Both the position numbers and the translations under genes were made by a program. Positions 46,010 to 51,665 of a DNA stretch of 51,665 bases are shown here, one piece after another (position 1 is the first letter of the stretch; the number at the start of each line of letters is the position of its first letter). The notes beneath the pieces were generated by a model, which saw only the letters and a program-made list of their open reading frames with translations, was not told where the DNA came from and did not search any database. Source of the stretch: a virus (taxonomy: Duplodnaviria > Caudoviricetes); the IMG/VR virus record IMGVR_UViG_3300028610_002655, positions 1-51,665 of that record; one strand, 5' to 3'.

Positions 46010-46527
46010 GGTAAAGTATCTCCTTCTGCTTTTATGGTATATTGATCTACTGTTGAACTTGCTGCAGCCATTACATTATACCTAATCCAATGACCTCGAA
46101 AATCATTTTGGTCAAGTGAACTTATTGCAATTCCTGCAGCTTTATTTGCAGGAGATGTAAATGATGGACCAGATGGTGCAGTCTCTTCATTAGCTATAAT
46201 TTCTATTGCAAGATTCTTTGCCTCATCAGCTATGGCAATCGAAACATCAGTATCACCAGAACTTGTTTGTGATTCAATCCAAAATACAGGATTAGTCCAT
46301 GTTAATACAGCACTAGTAATTTCATTAGAATAAAAATAACCGTGATAAATTACAATTCCATTTAATGCCTCTGTACTTGTAATATCATCCATATCATTAT
46401 TATCAGTATCAGATACAATTACTCCTCCAGCAACTGTACTCATTGCACCACCTAGTGCTAGATTAGGATCAGTGTTTGTGGGACCCCCTGAAAGTCTATG
46501 GATAAGATCAGCTTCTACTATTGGCAT
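46006..46527 (-). CDS. Virion structural protein
   Basis: LSGG..NTDPNLALGG and WIR motifs seen in phage tail proteins; late-promoter motif upstream. Confidence 0.6.
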   Translation of the reverse strand: MPIVEADLIHRLSGGPTNTDPNLALGGAMSTVAGGVIVSDTDNNDMDDITSTEALNGIVIYHGYFYSNEITSAVLTWTNPVFWIESQTSSGDTDVSIAIADEAKNLAIEIIANEETAPSGPSFTSPANKAAGIAISSLDQNDFRGHWIRYNVMAAASSTVDQYTIKAEGDTLP

Positions 46528-46602
46528 TAATTATTACGGTCAGATTTTGTATTTGAGAACTAAATGCTATTTAAAGAGGATAAATGATATACAGATGATT
46601 AA

Positions 46603-46794
46603 ATGGATAAAAAAACAATTATTTTATTGAGTTTAGTGTGTGTAGTTAGTTTTTCCGTAGGTTACATATCTGATATAGATATCATAGATATTAATGAATT
46701 ACCAAAAGAACCTAATAGTGAGACTGTATGTGGAAAAGGAACAGAAGAAAGAAGTGATGGTAGATGTTATCCAAAGTTATTAAATTATATGTAA
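46603..46794 (+). CDS. Small membrane-anchored protein with a CGKGT...C motif
   Basis: N-terminal TM helix; CGxGT motif recalled from Nitrosopumilus surface proteins. Confidence 0.6.
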   Translation: MDKKTIILLSLVCVVSFSVGYISDIDIIDINELPKEPNSETVCGKGTEERSDGRCYPKLLNYM

Positions 46795-46809
46795 TAAGAT
46801 ATACTAGAT

Positions 46810-46929
46810 CTATTCCAAATCTTCAAGAGGTTTTCCACACTTGAAACAATTAGTTGGGTATGTATCCATAGGTTGTCCTTCATCTAATTCTACTTTGCAA
46901 TTAATACATCCTTTTCTTATCCATTCCAT
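46810..46929 (-). CDS. 39-aa zinc-ribbon microprotein
   Basis: MEWIRKGCINC...NCFKCGKPLEDLE. Confidence 0.6.
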   Translation of the reverse strand: MEWIRKGCINCKVELDEGQPMDTYPTNCFKCGKPLEDLE

Positions 46930-46933
46930 ATCT

Positions 46934-48976
46934 CTAAGGCTCCGTTGCTATTATTTGTGATACACCAGTTTGAAAAGAAGCTCTTAATTCTGTCTTTCCA
47001 CCTGCTGTTGGGACGGTAAACAAAATAGCTGTATTTGTTTGTCCACTTGGTTTAAATCCTGTAGCATAACCTTCAATGATTGCAACTCCAGATTTATCAT
47101 AAATAAAGTCCCATGCTTGAGTTGGTGCACCTAAATCATCAGTGTTATCAGTATTTGGGGTGATATTACCAATTGTGTCTGCGATAAAAGTTACACTATC
47201 TGTTGATGCATTTCCTAAAGTGACATTTCCATTAAACAACGTAGCTCCAAAAAAGGTATTAGTTCCAGTCCAATCTTGTGATACTACACCTAGTCCAGCT
47301 AGTGTAGTTGTAGCATTAGGAAGTGTTAGTGTTCTAATAGTTGATGTAGAAATACCACTTAGATCCCACTTTACTTGTTTTGAATTATCTGACTGATTTT
47401 GAATAAAATAATTACTATCTCTTACATTAACAATTCCAGCAAAAACATTAGTGCCAGTCCAAGTTTGTGATACTACACCTAGTCCAGCTAGTGTAGTTGT
47501 AGAATCTGGTAATGTTAAAGTTCTATTATCTGTATGGTTTGATTTTAGTGTTAATACTTTACCTGTAGTAGCTCCAACCAAATCAAATTTAGCTTGTTTT
47601 GTAATGTCTGCTGTTTGTTGTATGAAAAAGTTAGTATCTCTAACGGTAGTGTTTCCAGCAAAAATATTAGTGCCAGTCCAAGTTTGAGATACTACTCCTA
47701 ATCCAGGTATTGTAGTTGTAGCATTAGGAAATGTGAGAGTTCTATTATCAGTTGGATTAAAATCAAGTGTAGTAACCTTTCCTGTAGTTCCTCCTGCTAA
47801 ATCGAACTTTAATTGTTTAGTAATGTCGGATGTTTGTTGTATGAAAAAGTTAGTATCTCTAACGGTAGTGTTTCCAGCAAAAATATTAGTTCCTGTCCAT
47901 GTTTGTGATACTACTCCAAGTCCAGCCATTATTGTGGAAGAATCAGGAATTCTTATTGTTCTAGTTTGACCTGTAGTTATGTCAACTGCACTAAAGAAAA
48001 TTTGTTTAGTGTTATCTGCTACATTTAAAATTCTAAAATCATCTGTAACATCAATTGTACCTGAAAAAAAGTTAAATCCTGTCCATTCTTGAGCGCCTAC
48101 CTGAAGTCCACCCAAGTCAGTTGTTTCATCTGGAAATGTTACAGTTCTATTATCCGTATGATTGGATTCTAGTGTAAGAACTTTTCCTGTAACAGCTACT
48201 GCTAAATTAAACTTTAATTGTTTAGTAATATCTGCGGTATTTTGAATAAAGAAATTTGTATCTCTAACTGAGGTGTTTCCTGCAAAAATATTCTCACCTG
48301 TCCATGTTTGGCTTAAAACTCCTAACCCAGCCATTGTGGTGGAAGAATCAGGAATTGTAATTACCCTAGTAGTTGCTGGAGTAAATCCATCAATCTCAAA
48401 TCTTAATAATTTTGTATCATCTACACTTCCTTTTATGAGAGGATTAGAATCAATAAATGGCGGATCACCAGATCCATCATCGCCTGAACCTCCTTCTATT
48501 TTCCATTTGTTAGTAAGAATATCATATCTTAATGTAACAAATGCTTGATTAGTTAGAGTAATTGATGATAAGACATCTATGTTATCTGCATTATCTATTG
48601 TTATTGTATGGCCAACTTTAGCAATTAGTTTTAATCCCTGAAAACTTAGCTGAAAATTATTAATTGTAGATAATGTATCTGTAGTTCCAGTCTCTGATTC
48701 TAAAATTACAACACCAGCATATTTTCCAGAGTTACCTCCAATGTCAATAGTATCTGATACAATCTGAATCTTTGATGCATTATACCCAATAGCACCATCC
48801 ATTACCCCCCCAGATGTAAAGAGAGGAGATTTGTTGTTATTGTTTGGTGGAGGTGTAGTAAAAAATTGCCCGTGATCAATATTTGAGTTCTGAGACATAA
48901 AAGCTTCAGCTTTTCTATTAAACTTTTGCTGAAATGCCTCAAAGGATTCATCATTTGATCTAGCTTTTCCTGTCAT
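46934..48976 (-). CDS. Long tail fibre with six repeat units of about 60-73 aa
   Basis: Repeats of DTNFFIQ..TKQLKF...RT.T.PD.TTT.AGLGVVSQTWTG.N.F. Confidence 0.85.
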   Translation of the reverse strand: MTGKARSNDESFEAFQQKFNRKAEAFMSQNSNIDHGQFFTTPPPNNNNKSPLFTSGGVMDGAIGYNASKIQIVSDTIDIGGNSGKYAGVVILESETGTTDTLSTINNFQLSFQGLKLIAKVGHTITIDNADNIDVLSSITLTNQAFVTLRYDILTNKWKIEGGSGDDGSGDPPFIDSNPLIKGSVDDTKLLRFEIDGFTPATTRVITIPDSSTTMAGLGVLSQTWTGENIFAGNTSVRDTNFFIQNTADITKQLKFNLAVAVTGKVLTLESNHTDNRTVTFPDETTDLGGLQVGAQEWTGFNFFSGTIDVTDDFRILNVADNTKQIFFSAVDITTGQTRTIRIPDSSTIMAGLGVVSQTWTGTNIFAGNTTVRDTNFFIQQTSDITKQLKFDLAGGTTGKVTTLDFNPTDNRTLTFPNATTTIPGLGVVSQTWTGTNIFAGNTTVRDTNFFIQQTADITKQAKFDLVGATTGKVLTLKSNHTDNRTLTLPDSTTTLAGLGVVSQTWTGTNVFAGIVNVRDSNYFIQNQSDNSKQVKWDLSGISTSTIRTLTLPNATTTLAGLGVVSQDWTGTNTFFGATLFNGNVTLGNASTDSVTFIADTIGNITPNTDNTDDLGAPTQAWDFIYDKSGVAIIEGYATGFKPSGQTNTAILFTVPTAGGKTELRASFQTGVSQIIATEP

Positions 48977-51521
48977 GGTATGAATCTCTTAACTCCTTTG
49001 ATGCGTCTTTGTAGTCCTCCCGAACCTGAAGCTGGTCTTGATATGGAATACTCTATCTTTTTAGCAACTAGCTTTATTGTATTTAATTCAGTATCTGTCT
49101 CTACCCAAAATTCAGTATCTGGTGGTGCTTCGTTAATGTTATTTTTAATACATTCAAAAAATACTGGTCCAATACTTACAATATCTCCAATAACATAGTT
49201 AATACTGTTCAACCATGTAGGAGCTGAGATGATTGGTTTGTCTGAATCAATTACTAATCTTCTATTTTTTAGATAAAATGAATCTCCAAATTTAATATCA
49301 AATATTTTTTTGCCTGTAGTCATTATATCAAACTCTTTATGTCTAAATTGCTCTATCTGTAACTGTGAATCTGCAACCTCTTTTGCCTGATCAAATAACA
49401 TTATATCTTGTCTGTGTATCATGTCAGGTTCTAGATTTTTAGTTTGATTTGTACCAGAGTTTACAACAAGTGCTTTCTTAAAGTGTAGATCATCTATAGT
49501 TAATGTAATTCTTCCACCCAAAGCTGCTGAAAGTGAAGTGTTTGATAGATCATTAAGATTTCCTTCCGGTGCAAACCGTCCAAAGTCATCATATTGATCC
49601 TGATGCTGAATTACAATCCATTTGATATTTCTGGATTCCATAATATTTTGATTGTCTATATCTTTTGGATTTAACAAATCTATCAGATTATTTAGTTTAA
49701 AATAACGTGGCTTTTGTCCTCGAATAACTTGATAAGCTGATATTTGTGTATCAAATGGAATTATTCTACCATTAGTTTCTTCTTGTTCAAAATCAAAAGC
49801 CCAAACATTATCATTTGTATCACCCATCAATACACGAATTTGTGCAGTGCCATCAACTACAAACAAAGAACCATCAAATGGATTTCTTGCCTCAATTTTT
49901 AAGCCGATAGCACCACTAAATGTTGTTAACTTGAATAGTCTATCAGAGTCTTCCTGATTATATCCTAATTTTCCATCAGGAGTATATCCCATGTTTGATA
50001 TGTCAAGTGTTGATGGTTCGTTTACTCCTTCTGCTGCAGAATTTTTTCCACCACCATAAATATCACCTACAGTTTCAATTATACCATTAAATGTTGAGAC
50101 TGGATATGGAAATCGTATATTAAACCATGCTCCATGAGACTGGTATGATTCTTTATCTATGATTCTATCAGTTAATGCAGAATTAAAATCATAAACTATC
50201 TCTATTGCAGAATTGATATTTGTGGTAAATGGTGTCCCGTCTTTTGTAACATCAGGAAATTTTGCACAATTAGTTTCTGTTGGTTTTGGGTCAAAGGATG
50301 TTGTATTTTTCATCGTTTTGAATTGATGAAAACAATCAGATCCTAAATCATTATTAGTAATATCAGTAAAGCTAGTTGCTCCATCATCCCATTCAAACAT
50401 TTTTCGTTCTCTAAATACTCCGATCTGCATTTTATCGAGTGTTGAATCCAGTTTGTACTTTACAACAAAAACTAATTCTTCTAAATTGGGATTAGGGTTT
50501 GTTTGTAATTCTACAACACTGTCCTCAAATAAAACATTGAAAGGATCTCTTGCCCCTGCAGGAAATATTCCAGTTCCTTCATTTAGAAATCTATACCCAC
50601 GTGGAAAGAATGCATTAGCATACAAATATTCTCCTTCTAATCCCTGAGATGGAACACCACCTGTTCCTATTGCATGATCATCAACCCAAGTTCTAAAAAA
50701 TCCATTTGCATTAATTACAATATTTCCATCAAAGAATGCAGCTCCTGTACTTGTATATTCTCCAGATACAACTGTTACTGCATCTGGTTTGCATATACCA
50801 TTTAGGATTAGTGCAACTTTGTCATCAGTCCATTCAGAGTATTGTGATGAATCTCCAAACTCATCAGACATATCAATTTGTTGCCAAAAAGAATTAAAAT
50901 CTGCAGCACAACTTGTAGGTCCAGGAGGGGTATTTCCTAAATTATTATCTGCTAGAGATTTATAATGCTGACCCTGATACAAAACTTTAGCATCTGTAAT
51001 ATATGGAATTGCACTATCCCATTCAGGTCTGAATGTGAATTGAAATATTCCAGAATTATATATCTCTCTGCCTTTTTGTAATGCTCCTGCACGAGAATCG
51101 CCAACAACATACGATATGGTACCAGTTTGGTTTTGTACCTCTCCTCCAGTTTCAGATACATTAACTAAACTACTCCTTACTATCGTTACAGGTTCGGGAT
51201 TTCCAGTCTTTGCTTCTGGACTAGCTCCTGATGAGAAACATCTAAAGTTTATACTATCTACATCAGGCGTATCAAATCCCAACTCAAAAAAGTCAAAGAC
51301 ACCCCCACCAGCACCTGATGCTCCCTGTCTATCTACTAAATCAATCCATATATCATAAATGTAAGACGGGTTAATTCCATAATCATAGATTCCCTGTGTA
51401 AAGTTAGGAAGGTCATTTCCTATTTCAGTGTCAGGATCATACACTACATTATGACCTGTAAGAAAGGGCTGTGTAGTTCCTCGATTATCGTTGTATGTGT
51501 TTCCAGCTTCTTTTGATGGTA
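48973..51521 (-). CDS. Baseplate hub / central tail protein, C-terminal part, with two CBM5/12-like modules
   Basis: PEWDSAIPY...VLYQGQHYKSL and PTWLNSINYVIGDIV...FECI; hub-like IKFGDSFYL...KKIEY C-terminus. Confidence 0.65.
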
Positions 51522-51665
51522 AGAATGCACTTGAGAACCAAAATTGTCTTGAAAAGTGTGCCATCATTGTGTGATATTCAATACCTAAACATTCAAGCTC
51601 TATTGTTGTACCTTCATCTTTGTCACTTGCAGGTAAAATTTTTTGAATTTCGTAAAATCTTATGT
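51522..51665. repeat. Terminal direct repeat, right copy
   Basis: Identical to 1-144; an ORF reads in frame across the junction. Confidence 0.97.

Larger units (their letters stand above)
1..51521. mobile_element. Complete temperate tailed archaeal virus genome, probable Nitrosopumilaceae host
   Basis: Circular; terminase, portal, protease, capsid and tail genes, integrase, thaumarchaeal-type S-layer and small proteins. Confidence 0.9.

Noticed and set aside
46934-48976. Diversity-generating retroelement (TR/VR pair)
   Set aside because: No reverse transcriptase; the repeats are in-frame protein repeats and I saw no adenine-specific pattern of differences.
1034-51358. Most plus-strand ORFs in the track (e.g. 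1352-1912, 15297-15695, 34345-34956, 47142-48548)
   Set aside because: They are antisense shadows of well-supported minus-strand genes; only 27034, 28832, 42892 and 46603 are accepted on +.
1-51665. amoC or other metabolic auxiliary genes, DNA polymerase, rRNA
   Set aside because: No ORF or segment with recognisable motifs for these was seen.

Overview
The window is a complete, circularly permuted virus genome of about 51,521 bp: bases 1-144 are repeated exactly at 51522-51665, and one gene reads through the junction. It is a temperate head-tail (HK97-type, Caudoviricetes-like) archaeal virus. The host is very likely an ammonia-oxidising archaeon of the Nitrosopumilaceae, because it carries a Nitrosopumilus-type S-layer protein, a Nitrosopumilus-type tyrosine integrase and small proteins typical of that group. 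Nearly all genes are on the minus strand. Modules: packaging and head (17.4-9 kb: split terminase, portal, protease/scaffold, capsid); fibres and tail (8.9 kb through the origin to 43 kb); replication and early genes (20-26.7 kb: AAA+ helicase, iteron-like repeats, methyltransferase, HNH, SSB-like protein); and an accessory region (27-42 kb). The accessory region holds a secreted S1 protease, the integrase with repeat-flanked single-gene cassettes, a full-length S-layer gene with a helical insertion, and a nuclease-less Nop/IS110-like protein (TasA-like). That protein is followed directly by a 36-nt periodic dual-spacer guide array (TIGR-like) and preceded by a DGQHR/ParB-like gene. The best lead is this guide system next to a viral S-layer gene, which suggests RNA-guided host surface conversion; this is an untested inference. 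All family assignments come from reading motifs by eye, not from database searches.
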